Source of the DNA: Candidatus Omnitrophota bacterium
Lineage (GTDB): Bacteria; Omnitrophota; Gorgyraeia; Zapsychrales; Aceulaceae
Assembly (NCBI GenBank): GCA_029564765.1
Contig: JAKQPK010000050.1
Coordinates: 210,977 to 274,976 of the forward strand
Direction: 5' to 3'
Length of the DNA stretch: 64,000 nt
Below are positions 8,576 through 17,636 of this stretch, piece by piece (the first letter of the stretch is position 1; each line of letters opens with the position of its first letter). The position numbers were made by a program, and so were the translations under genes. The notes below the pieces were generated by a model, which saw only the letters and a list, made by a program, of their open reading frames with translations, was not told where the DNA came from and ran no database searches.

Positions 8576-11500
8576 CTATCCAGATGCTCTCACGACCTGC
8601 GCGCTATCTATCTGTGGCGTTTCAAATCCTAAGATCAAGGGAAGGTTATGCGCTGGGACCATCTGGATAATGATTGGCGCAAGGCTGTCAAAATGGATCC
8701 TTTCCATATCCTGGAATTGAACTGCCAAAGGAAGGCCCTGATCATCAGTTTTGATGTTCAGGTCTTGGTACAGGGTCGCGAAATCAATACCACCAGTAGG
8801 CGATAGATTATCCGCTCTTTTTTTCTGGAATTGCTTTTCTGCCTCAGCATAAGCCTCAGCATAACCATTCGCGAAAAGGGTCTGAGCTGTTTCATAAAGA
8901 TCAGCTAACGTTACCGAAAAGCCAAAAACAGACTCGATGATCTGCGTGGCATCTTCACCTTTGTACTGCCGTGCCATCACAGCATCTAAAACTACTCGCT
9001 GCCTTCCATCTTCACCCGCTTTAAAACCAGCACTATACAACCCTAAGCGGCTTCCCGCAAAACTAGATGAACCCATCAAAGCCACTAAGCTTTCAACAAT
9101 TTGCTCTTTCACAGTAGAGGAAGCGACTCCGCCTTGATCAGGTATCAAATTTCCAGCAACAGGAACAATTTTTCCTGTTAAAGGATGAACATAGAAAACA
9201 AGCTCAGTATCTTTATTCTGTGGAGGCAGACCTCTTGCCTGATGAGCAAGATCGCCAATATAACTTTCCAAAGAAGTGTCAACATAAAAAGGAATACCTG
9301 CCTTTTTCGCGGCTGTAGCCAAGATCATGACAGGACGTATCAGTTGATATTTTTGATCTTTTTCAGTGATATCATTGCCATTAATATTATTTCTCTCAAG
9401 CGCCATCAAATCGGAGGTAAATCGCAACGGATTCAAAAGAGATATCTCAGAAATATTGGCTTGCGCGTTTAGGATTTCATTAATCTCATAAAGATTAGCA
9501 GCAACTTCAACATCCACAGAAAGAGGAATATTAAGCCCGATCTCGCTCATAAGGCTTTTTACCTGATCGATCTCTTTAAAACTTCTCACAACCCTTAGCT
9601 GCAACACAATGCCTTTCTGGCCATTTACATCATCGACCAAGCGCTTGATAGCAGAAAGTTGTGCCCTTAAAAAATCTCGATCATTGCTTAAAGATTTAAC
9701 AAGGCCATGGACCCCATATTCCGGGTTGGCTTCACTTGGTTCATATAGCTCACCAAAAAGCAATTCTCGATATTCATTCGAGAAAAGAGCGTCCGTTGTA
9801 ATGATAAGCCGCTTTCCTTCCGTCTTTGCCTGAGAGAAAGATTTTCCAAGCGCCTCCAGAAGTCCACGCTCGTAAAACTTCATTCCGATCCCAGGTTCAT
9901 CAAGGCGCTCAACATATCCTTGATCACGCATAGAACGACGGATCTCCGTATACACTTTCCTCTCCTCGGCAGATAATGGCTGGTTTTTGAGAACCCTGGG
10001 AAGAAGGATTTCATCGTAGGACTTCAAGGCCTTATAATGAAATCCTAAAGTTAGACCAAAATCCGTCCCTATCTTGAATTGAGAATCCTCAAAAAGCTTC
10101 ACATCCGCAACGGCCTGTGGATCGATCTCAAAATCAAATCCGATCGCTTGCTGGGCTTCCGCAGGGATCTCAACGTCCTGACGGGCAAGGTTTTCCACGC
10201 CAAGCTTGATCGATTCTGGCGTCATGGAAACAGCTTCGTAACCTTCTTGCGCAAGAATCACTCCATAATTTTCCTGCCCCTTAACAGATGGCGCATTACC
10301 GCAAAAAGCATTCTTAATTTTGTTAACCGAATTGCGGAAGATCGCGTTAAATTTTTTCGTGATCTTTGGCATGCGACCATTCCAGCGCAAAATAGAAAGA
10401 CTATAATCCGTAACTACTTCTTTTAAGGACGCATTGCTCGTATTTCGATCCACTCTGGCCAATGTTTGCAAACCGTCATTGCCGCCAGTCGAGGTAAAAA
10501 AGTCAACGCTCCCAGCCTTTTTCCCTGAGCGCTGCTCAAAGATCGTGACTGCCGCCAAAAAATCCTCAATGTTAATCGAATTGGTAGGAAGCTCTGTCAT
10601 GATACCTACCTTAATATTGTCATCGATCAAGCCTTCTTCATCAAGGATCTCCAAAAATTTGACAACATCTATGGGCCTTCTGACAACAGGCGCGAAAATC
10701 CCAAACTTTGCTTTTTTTGTGTCAATGGCCTTTTTGATCGCTTCAAGCTGCCAGCGCAACGTCTGAGGATTCTTGAACATTAGATCCAACCCTCGAAAAC
10801 CTTTCATGGGATTTGCTTCACGATTAATGTACTCTTCCGCGCCATAAACATTCTGATATTCATCGCTTTTGCGGTCATCGAGTCGAATATAGTGACGTTT
10901 ATCCAAAAGCTTAACGATATCTGAAACGATCTGGGCGTCAGATCCATCCCTTATGCCACCTTCGGCGGCTTGTGCCAACTCGCTGAAAATGCTCTCAAGC
11001 TCTCGCAATGGAAAAATTTCACCGATGCCCTGCCGATAATAATTTTTAACAATATCTAACACCTTAACGCGAAGCTCGGCGTCCACAATGGTCTGAGCAT
11101 GTATCAAAACCCGCTTTAAAGGTGGGACTGTTGTAATGGATTTTGTCAATATAGATTCTGAAAGGACAGAAATATAAAAATCTTCAGCAGAATTATACCC
11201 TTCGATCGCCTTCTCAAGAAAGGAGATCTTTTCAGAATCACTAACGCGATCGAGGACCGGACCTTCATGCGGTTGCCGTTTTTCTTTCTTGACCATATTA
11301 TCATACGCCAGAAGAAGATCAGGATAGATGCCGATATCGTTTGTCAGCGTCAGCTCTTGACGATCAAGTCCTATGCCGTAAAAATCGATCATTAAGCGCA
11401 GAGGTGCTACTTTCAGGGCAGATGGCGGTGTGGCCGCGAAAACACCCACTCTTGCTTTGGTGCGCGGAAGGTCGATCGGACGAAAATCCTTGCCTTCAAC

Positions 11501-14500
11501 CTGCAAAACATAATCAGTGCCTAATAATATTTTTCCGCGGTTGGCGTCAATGGTCACCTTTACTCCATTAGGCAAAGCGTCCTGCAACTCTTCAAATGTC
11601 GCGTTAGAAACACCAGTGATCGCGACCAACCCATATTCTGAGGCAACGATCATCGTGTGCGAATTAGGCCCACCCTTAAGAGCCAAAATGCCCTTTGCCG
11701 CGATCATCGCCGAATTCATGTCAGGATCGCTTTGTTCAGCGAACATGATCTTTCCGATCGTCTGTGCCAGCGTGTCCGGTCTCTTGTCTAAGACCCAAAA
11801 GACCTGGCCTTGCGCGACCCCGCCTGTCTTGGCGATAAAATTAAAAGGCAAAACCTTTCCCTGGGCTTGTGCTTGCTGGAACGATTTATCCGTAACAAGG
11901 ATCTGTTTCATGAAGATCTTATGCGGATCACGGCGCGACCAAACCGTTTCGGGTCTGGCTTGAGTGCTGACGATCATCCAATCATATCGCGGAAAACCGC
12001 GCTCATCTAAAAGGGCTTTACCATTCTCATCCTTTAGCGTGATCATGTTCCCCTGAGCATCCCTTTTGATACGCAAAGCCCCCTCGAGATCAACGTAACC
12101 ACCGTAAAATTCATGCAAAGACCTAAAATAATCTGCGATCTTCCTTATAACCTCTTTGTCCGTGATCGAAAATTCTTGCTTGACGTCATCAGGGATCTCG
12201 ACTTCGATCTTACCCAACCCATCAGGTGTTTCAACGATCATGTGTGATCGTAAACCTCTTTTTCTGTTGAGTGGCTCGCCATCATACATCATGAAGAACT
12301 GACTTCCGGTCTCGCGTCCAGAAACGAGCATCTCTCCTTGCCCTTCTGTAGCCGATAGCGTCATTACAGGGAAACCTGTTTCGCGATCGACCGAAAAACC
12401 AATAAAACTTATCCCAGATAAAAACATTTCCTGGAATAACGTGCTGATCTCCACATGCTCATCAAAAGTAGGTAAACCAAAATCAAAACGATAATCAACA
12501 GCGCGCTTATTGAACAATGACGCTTGATTGAAGATCCAATTAGTAATGATAAAATCAAGCCCTTCAGGATCCTTTTTGGTTGCAAATGGCGTCACAAAGA
12601 TATATGTGTCCTGACGGCCAGCGAACGACGCGGCCTCGCTGTCTTCACCGACAGCTGAAGAACGGATCGCCAAAACAAGCTTATGAAGCGGGATACCGAT
12701 CCTCTGGGCAAGCTTTCGAAGATTACTTTTCATCTCTTCTTCGACAGCTCGGGGAACGATCATGGCTCGCCCGCCAATCAACAACTTACCAGAGATCATT
12801 GCTGTGATCTTTTCGTATTCAAGCTGTTTTCCCTGCAGCTGCTCCTCAAGCTGGGAGATCTTTTTGTTGATATCTACCTGATCTTCTTGCCCTTTTTTCT
12901 GGATCTCCAGCTCGGCGATCTCTTGAGCCAACTCTGTTTTCTTTTCCTTGATCAGCCGAACTTCTCGATCAAGATGATCACCCTGGGCTTTAAAATAATC
13001 TCTCAAGTTTTCATATGATCCGCTCTGTAGATCATCCAAAATAGACCTCATGACCGACAAAGTATCCTGGATCTGAGAAAAAACGCCCTCTCCTTTTTTT
13101 GTTTCAACAGCGACCCGCAAAAGAGAAAGATCTTTTGTGAGCTGATCGACCTCTTCTTCTGAAAGGCTTTGGCCAAGCGCAAGCTTCGGATGATCATCGC
13201 GATAGCGTATGATCTGCTTGATCAAGCGATCAAGGTGGGCCACGTACGCCTTCGTTGAATTACTGACAAAAAGATTTTGAAATGTTTCCCCGGCAGAAGC
13301 AAAATTAGGAAGCGTCACGATATCAGGGATGAACCCCATTTCTCCTGTATGTGCTGTCTTGCCTCCAAAGCCAACCTCATCCTGACGCTCAGCTTCGATA
13401 TCCCACACCGTAATACGGTCCTTAAAAGCGGGATCCTTGGTATATTCTTTGTGCAAGCTATAAACAAGGTTCTTCTGATCGCTTGCTTTCTGAGCTTCAT
13501 CTGCTCCAACGATCAGTTTTGTATTCGGATCAAGCTTCGCCTTGATATTCGCGATGGGATCCTCGATAGACTCCTCAGAAACCCTAACAATATTAGAGTG
13601 CTGCCGGTAAAACCTATCCAGAAGTTCTTGGGCCTTTTGTTCAGAGATCTTGCCGTATATCAAAAACTCATCGGTGAGCTTTTCCACAAGAACACGCTTA
13701 TCAAGTATCTTTCCTCGATGCAGCATATCCGAAACAAAAAGAATAATATCTGAATCGTTCAAGAAGTAAGGATCAAAAGCGCCTTCAAGCGTATCATTAC
13801 GAATGACCTTGTTCTTGATCTGATACATTGCCTTCACATCGTCCAATCGCGAGCCTTGCGGGATCAAAAGACTTTTCTTGTTGGCTCCGATAAGGATCTC
13901 CAGGTCCTTGATGCTGATATCACGCAAAACATCTTGCTGCATGATCTGAGCAAGCAAGCCAGCGATAAAGGACATCGTGATCTTCTTGCTTCCGGTCTGA
14001 AAAAGATAGTCTAAAAACTGGGTATTGATCGTGACCTTATTATTGGCAACATCAACATCCGCATACTCACCTTTTGTTTGTCCAACAAAGAATTGGACTT
14101 GGTCCATATAGCTGGCTAACAAACGCAATATTTTGTATTCTTGTTTTTCTCCGCCATAAAAAGAAAAAAAGTTCTTGGTCAAAGGGTACAGTTTGTCGTA
14201 TTTGCCAAAAAACATTTGTCCAGGCTCAAGATCACGATGGCCTGGAAATTTTTCTTTTTTGGAAAGAGCGATCGCTGAGGACATAGGAGCCGACACAAAG
14301 CCCTCATCCTTCGGAAGCTGGATGAAATCAACCGCCAGATCAGCATCATCAACGATACTCAGCTTCCAACTGACATCATGTATGCCCTTGGAAGTGCTGA
14401 CAAGCAAACCGTCGTAAGAGATCTTTACTTCTGAAATGTATTTTTTCAGGTTCTGATCAAGTCTTTGATAAGGATGCCATCCGTAATCTGTCCCTGGAGC

Positions 14501-16129
14501 ATGGCCAAGCATGGCCAAAACTTCTTTAGGTTTTTGCCCGATGGCCTGATGGATAAGGTCAAGATTGCTCTCCAAAGATCTTTTTGCGTCTAAATACGGG
14601 ATCTTAATCGCTGAGCTCAGCGATGATGATGTGCGTGTTTTTCGCTGGTAAACATAGACGATCCAACGGTCTGTGGGATTCTTTAAAGCCTTGTAGTACC
14701 CTCGAGGGGCGATCGCAACATAGCGTTGATCACCTGCGATCATGATGACAGGACTTTTAGGTGCGTCACCGGTATCAACATCAACACTCTTGTGAGCATA
14801 CTTTTCAACAAGGTAATTCTTAACTTGCTCTTGATTCCATATGTTGGCACCGTCCTCAAGAATGAAATGCCAACTCTTGCGCTCCCACTGCCCAGAAGAC
14901 CTCTCAAGAGGCGAGCTATTGCTTTTTTTATCTGTAGATAGGGCTGCCGTAATGCGCGTATTATCCCCACCGCGGACAATATTGTTCTGCTGCTGCGGGC
15001 TTGTGGATGTGATCTCCTCAAGATTCTCTGCGATCTTCGTCAAGACATCAATGCCGCCGGAGAAATATTTTCTTGGAATATGTCTTTTGGTGTGATCATC
15101 ATATTCCGCGCGAATAAAATTGTAGACGCCCTGTTTATAGGCTAAAAGATAGGACTCGTAGATCTTTTGTTTGATCTCTTTATCCTCAAGATCAATACCG
15201 GCGACCTTGGATCGATCGACGTAGATCTTTCCTAAAAGACTCTCTTTCAAGTTCTTCTTAAACCACATGCCTAAGACAAGAGCGTTGTAGGCTTGACGCA
15301 AAGACGCAAAATTCTTTCCCGTATTGACCTCTTTTTCAAGCTCTGGGATAACGATGTCGCGGATAATGGAAGAAGCGATTGAGCTTGTTGAGCTTGTTGC
15401 GTTTGTTGGGTTGGACGAACTCAAAGAACCCGATGAACTCAATAAACTCGATGAACCGTTCGAACGCGACAGCGCGAGGTAATCTTCTTCCAACATGACC
15501 TTTAACGATGCCTCAGCAACAAATGCCATATTGCCATGACGATAAACAACAACTTTATCCGGCATGATCCATACCTTATTAAAAGTGTCTACCGGGATCT
15601 CAGTGGTCTGGTATATTGCGTAAGCCTTTTGGTAAACCTTGTCCCAGAATTTCTTTCCAAGATCGGTCTGCGGGTGGATCAAGGAGGCGGTCAGTTGTTT
15701 TAAAATGTAATCTTGCGCTAGCAAGTCTCGCCCCAGATCGGTCTGCGCTAAGGCATCAGGAATGATGCGGTCCTGTTCGAAGGGAGAAAGGTTGACCCAC
15801 AGATCTTTCTCGGGGATCGTTAGCGATGCCAAGAAATACTTGATCAGCTTCTCTGATTCCTGCTTTAACGCATCACCTGCAAGATCCTCATCGCCATCAT
15901 TGATGATAAAATCGAACTTAAAAGGATTGTCGGGATAAACTTCGAGGCCTACCATCATCGCAGGATAAAATACCGGCGTTGTCGAAAGAATGGCGCCGGG
16001 CTGCGGCAATCCTAAAGCTTGGGCAAATCCAGGTGAAGGGACAATAAGATTGATCAAAAAACAGATCGAAACAAAACAACGAACAACTCGAGAGGATGCC
16101 GTTGTGGCATTCTTTTTGAAGGTGAGCAT
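8576..16129 (-). CDS. Giant exported modular protein 1 (2517 aa): signal peptide + conserved N-cap + unknown domains + PEP synthase-like module with duplicated PEP-binding barrel + conserved C-cap
   Basis: N-cap/C-cap shared with 33540..39197; PEP synthase motifs FGGK, AIRSSAVGEDSEAASFAG, QARPETV, GGPNSH, EANPMKGFRG, GGNDGLQ, CGNAPS. Confidence 0.85.
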   Translation of the reverse strand: MLTFKKNATTASSRVVRCFVSICFLINLIVPSPGFAQALGLPQPGAILSTTPVFYPAMMVGLEVYPDNPFKFDFIINDGDEDLAGDALKQESEKLIKYFLASLTIPEKDLWVNLSPFEQDRIIPDALAQTDLGRDLLAQDYILKQLTASLIHPQTDLGKKFWDKVYQKAYAIYQTTEIPVDTFNKVWIMPDKVVVYRHGNMAFVAEASLKVMLEEDYLALSRSNGSSSLLSSSGSLSSSNPTNATSSTSSIASSIIRDIVIPELEKEVNTGKNFASLRQAYNALVLGMWFKKNLKESLLGKIYVDRSKVAGIDLEDKEIKQKIYESYLLAYKQGVYNFIRAEYDDHTKRHIPRKYFSGGIDVLTKIAENLEEITSTSPQQQNNIVRGGDNTRITAALSTDKKSNSSPLERSSGQWERKSWHFILEDGANIWNQEQVKNYLVEKYAHKSVDVDTGDAPKSPVIMIAGDQRYVAIAPRGYYKALKNPTDRWIVYVYQRKTRTSSSLSSAIKIPYLDAKRSLESNLDLIHQAIGQKPKEVLAMLGHAPGTDYGWHPYQRLDQNLKKYISEVKISYDGLLVSTSKGIHDVSWKLSIVDDADLAVDFIQLPKDEGFVSAPMSSAIALSKKEKFPGHRDLEPGQMFFGKYDKLYPLTKNFFSFYGGEKQEYKILRLLASYMDQVQFFVGQTKGEYADVDVANNKVTINTQFLDYLFQTGSKKITMSFIAGLLAQIMQQDVLRDISIKDLEILIGANKKSLLIPQGSRLDDVKAMYQIKNKVIRNDTLEGAFDPYFLNDSDIILFVSDMLHRGKILDKRVLVEKLTDEFLIYGKISEQKAQELLDRFYRQHSNIVRVSEESIEDPIANIKAKLDPNTKLIVGADEAQKASDQKNLVYSLHKEYTKDPAFKDRITVWDIEAERQDEVGFGGKTAHTGEMGFIPDIVTLPNFASAGETFQNLFVSNSTKAYVAHLDRLIKQIIRYRDDHPKLALGQSLSEEEVDQLTKDLSLLRVAVETKKGEGVFSQIQDTLSVMRSILDDLQSGSYENLRDYFKAQGDHLDREVRLIKEKKTELAQEIAELEIQKKGQEDQVDINKKISQLEEQLQGKQLEYEKITAMISGKLLIGGRAMIVPRAVEEEMKSNLRKLAQRIGIPLHKLVLAIRSSAVGEDSEAASFAGRQDTYIFVTPFATKKDPEGLDFIITNWIFNQASLFNKRAVDYRFDFGLPTFDEHVEISTLFQEMFLSGISFIGFSVDRETGFPVMTLSATEGQGEMLVSGRETGSQFFMMYDGEPLNRKRGLRSHMIVETPDGLGKIEVEIPDDVKQEFSITDKEVIRKIADYFRSLHEFYGGYVDLEGALRIKRDAQGNMITLKDENGKALLDERGFPRYDWMIVSTQARPETVWSRRDPHKIFMKQILVTDKSFQQAQAQGKVLPFNFIAKTGGVAQGQVFWVLDKRPDTLAQTIGKIMFAEQSDPDMNSAMIAAKGILALKGGPNSHTMIVASEYGLVAITGVSNATFEELQDALPNGVKVTIDANRGKILLGTDYVLQVEGKDFRPIDLPRTKARVGVFAATPPSALKVAPLRLMIDFYGIGLDRQELTLTNDIGIYPDLLLAYDNMVKKEKRQPHEGPVLDRVSDSEKISFLEKAIEGYNSAEDFYISVLSESILTKSITTVPPLKRVLIHAQTIVDAELRVKVLDIVKNYYRQGIGEIFPLRELESIFSELAQAAEGGIRDGSDAQIVSDIVKLLDKRHYIRLDDRKSDEYQNVYGAEEYINREANPMKGFRGLDLMFKNPQTLRWQLEAIKKAIDTKKAKFGIFAPVVRRPIDVVKFLEILDEEGLIDDNIKVGIMTELPTNSINIEDFLAAVTIFEQRSGKKAGSVDFFTSTGGNDGLQTLARVDRNTSNASLKEVVTDYSLSILRWNGRMPKITKKFNAIFRNSVNKIKNAFCGNAPSVKGQENYGVILAQEGYEAVSMTPESIKLGVENLARQDVEIPAEAQQAIGFDFEIDPQAVADVKLFEDSQFKIGTDFGLTLGFHYKALKSYDEILLPRVLKNQPLSAEERKVYTEIRRSMRDQGYVERLDEPGIGMKFYERGLLEALGKSFSQAKTEGKRLIITTDALFSNEYRELLFGELYEPSEANPEYGVHGLVKSLSNDRDFLRAQLSAIKRLVDDVNGQKGIVLQLRVVRSFKEIDQVKSLMSEIGLNIPLSVDVEVAANLYEINEILNAQANISEISLLNPLRFTSDLMALERNNINGNDITEKDQKYQLIRPVMILATAAKKAGIPFYVDTSLESYIGDLAHQARGLPPQNKDTELVFYVHPLTGKIVPVAGNLIPDQGGVASSTVKEQIVESLVALMGSSSFAGSRLGLYSAGFKAGEDGRQRVVLDAVMARQYKGEDATQIIESVFGFSVTLADLYETAQTLFANGYAEAYAEAEKQFQKKRADNLSPTGGIDFATLYQDLNIKTDDQGLPLAVQFQDMERIHFDSLAPIIIQMVPAHNLPLILGFETPQIDSAQVVRASG
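15378..15452. repeat. In-frame 9-bp-period inverted repeat array inside giant gene 1
   Basis: attgagctt gttgagctt gttgcgttt gttgggttg / gac / gaactcaaa gaacccgat gaactcaat aaactcgat; encodes a Ser-rich loop. Confidence 0.75.
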
Positions 16130-16376
16130 GGGGTAACTCTCCGTTTCTCCGTGGCGTGAGAAAATAAAAATAAGGCTTTATGTTTTGACTTTATGGAAAC
16201 GTTTTCTGCGCTTGACTTTGTAAAAGGATAGCATTTGAAAGGACGTGTGACAAGGGTGTGAATTCTTTACAAAGAAGGCATAAATTATTATTTTTCAATA
16301 AGTTATGCCTCTATGAATAAAAAATCTTCAATTTCGTTGAGAATTAAGCCGACAACAACACAAATGATCGTGTAAA

Positions 16377-16826
16377 CTATCTTTTCGTCGAAAGCATGTA
16401 GCCGATAACTTTTTCGCTGACTTTATTGTCTTTTAAATATTGAACGGTCTGTTCATCCATAACAAAAACAGAACCTGTTTTCTGGATCTGATCAATGATG
16501 ACATCATCCGGCGTGCCTTCCCTGCTCATGTCAACAACCTTTAAGATCGTAAGCTGATGAGAAGCGGACTCTGTTGACGGTGTCTCAGGGTTTGATTGGT
16601 CATCCATGCCGCTGCCGATCAGTCCTCCAGCGCCAGCACCGACCGCCCCGCCGATCAGCGCGCCCTCAACGCCATGGCCTGTCTGATGCCCAACAACACC
16701 ACCTGCGACAGCCCCTAGAACACCGCCGATACCGATACCTTTTTTGGTATTAGAGCCCATAGATTCGCAGCCTATCAAAGCAAAGCTTGCTAAAACAGCA
16801 ACAGTAACAATAATTTTTGATCTCAT
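16377..16826 (-). CDS. Glycine-zipper lipoprotein
   Basis: Lipobox LIG-C, GIGIGGVLGAVAGGVVG...GALIGGAVGAGAGGLIG. Confidence 0.85.
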   Translation of the reverse strand: MRSKIIVTVAVLASFALIGCESMGSNTKKGIGIGGVLGAVAGGVVGHQTGHGVEGALIGGAVGAGAGGLIGSGMDDQSNPETPSTESASHQLTILKVVDMSREGTPDDVIIDQIQKTGSVFVMDEQTVQYLKDNKVSEKVIGYMLSTKR

Positions 16827-16866
16827 TTCTCTCTCCTTGTTAAGATTAAATGTTGAACGATTGCTA

Positions 16867-17553
16867 TCACGCCGAAAAATTCTTTAAAAGAATAACTGCT
16901 TTAACAAAAAAGAAAGCGCTGGTTAGAAATAAAATGCCGGCAAAGGCTTGTCGGATCCTAACAAGCCAGGGTCCAGGCTTGGGCAAGCGCGCTAGCAAGC
17001 CGGTAAATGTTCCGATCAGGATCAATGAAAATCCAACGCCATAGGCAAAAACGAACAATAAACTTAGCCCGTGAAATAAATTCTTTTTTGAACCAACATA
17101 CAAAAGGATAGAGCCCAACAGAGGCGCTGTGCAAGGACCGATCGCAAAGCCAGAAACAAGGCCTGCAAAAAAGATCCCTACGATATTTCTTGGACGCAAA
17201 GATCCCTTAGCTCCTAAATGCAGGATGGGCAATGGAAGGATATCCGCCATAACAAGGCTGAAAAAAAGAAGAAGGAGCGAAACCGCGAAGAAAACATATG
17301 GATTGCTGTGAAGATGTCCGAATAATCGCCCTGTGAGAACCGCAAGGGCTCCCAAGGCGCTATACGACACAGCAGTCCCAAAGACATAAACGCAGGACAA
17401 AGAAAATCCAGCTAATTTTGTTCCGTGAATATTGGCGCGTCCGACTATAGAGGCGACGATAGGAATAAGCGGATAAACGCATGGCGTAAAGCTAACAGCA
17501 ACGCCAGCGGCAAAAGCGGCAAAATAATCATTGATATACTGTGCGACCATCAT
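16867..17553 (-). CDS. ccdA: CcdA / DsbD transmembrane-domain disulfide reductase
   Basis: SFTPCVYPLIP and GPCTAP catalytic Cys motifs, LPKPGPW, multiple TM helices. Confidence 0.88.
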   Translation of the reverse strand: MMVAQYINDYFAAFAAGVAVSFTPCVYPLIPIVASIVGRANIHGTKLAGFSLSCVYVFGTAVSYSALGALAVLTGRLFGHLHSNPYVFFAVSLLLLFFSLVMADILPLPILHLGAKGSLRPRNIVGIFFAGLVSGFAIGPCTAPLLGSILLYVGSKKNLFHGLSLLFVFAYGVGFSLILIGTFTGLLARLPKPGPWLVRIRQAFAGILFLTSAFFFVKAVILLKNFSA

Positions 17554-17585
17554 GTCCTTTGATAGGATCCTGAGCAGGTCTTAGC

Positions 17586-17620
17586 AAAAAGGGCGCCTTT
17601 TGATGATCAAAAGGCGCCCT
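17586..17620 (-). terminator. Intrinsic terminator of nifJ
   Basis: AGGGCGCCTTTTGAT/ATCAAAAGGCGCCCT perfect stem followed by a T tract on the minus strand. Confidence 0.85.
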
Positions 17621-17636
17621 CGTCACATTCTCCTGC

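Noticed and set aside
16256-16273. GTGTGAATTCTTTACAAA as a Rex box
   Set aside because: Half-site spacing is off by one base and the right half matches poorly.
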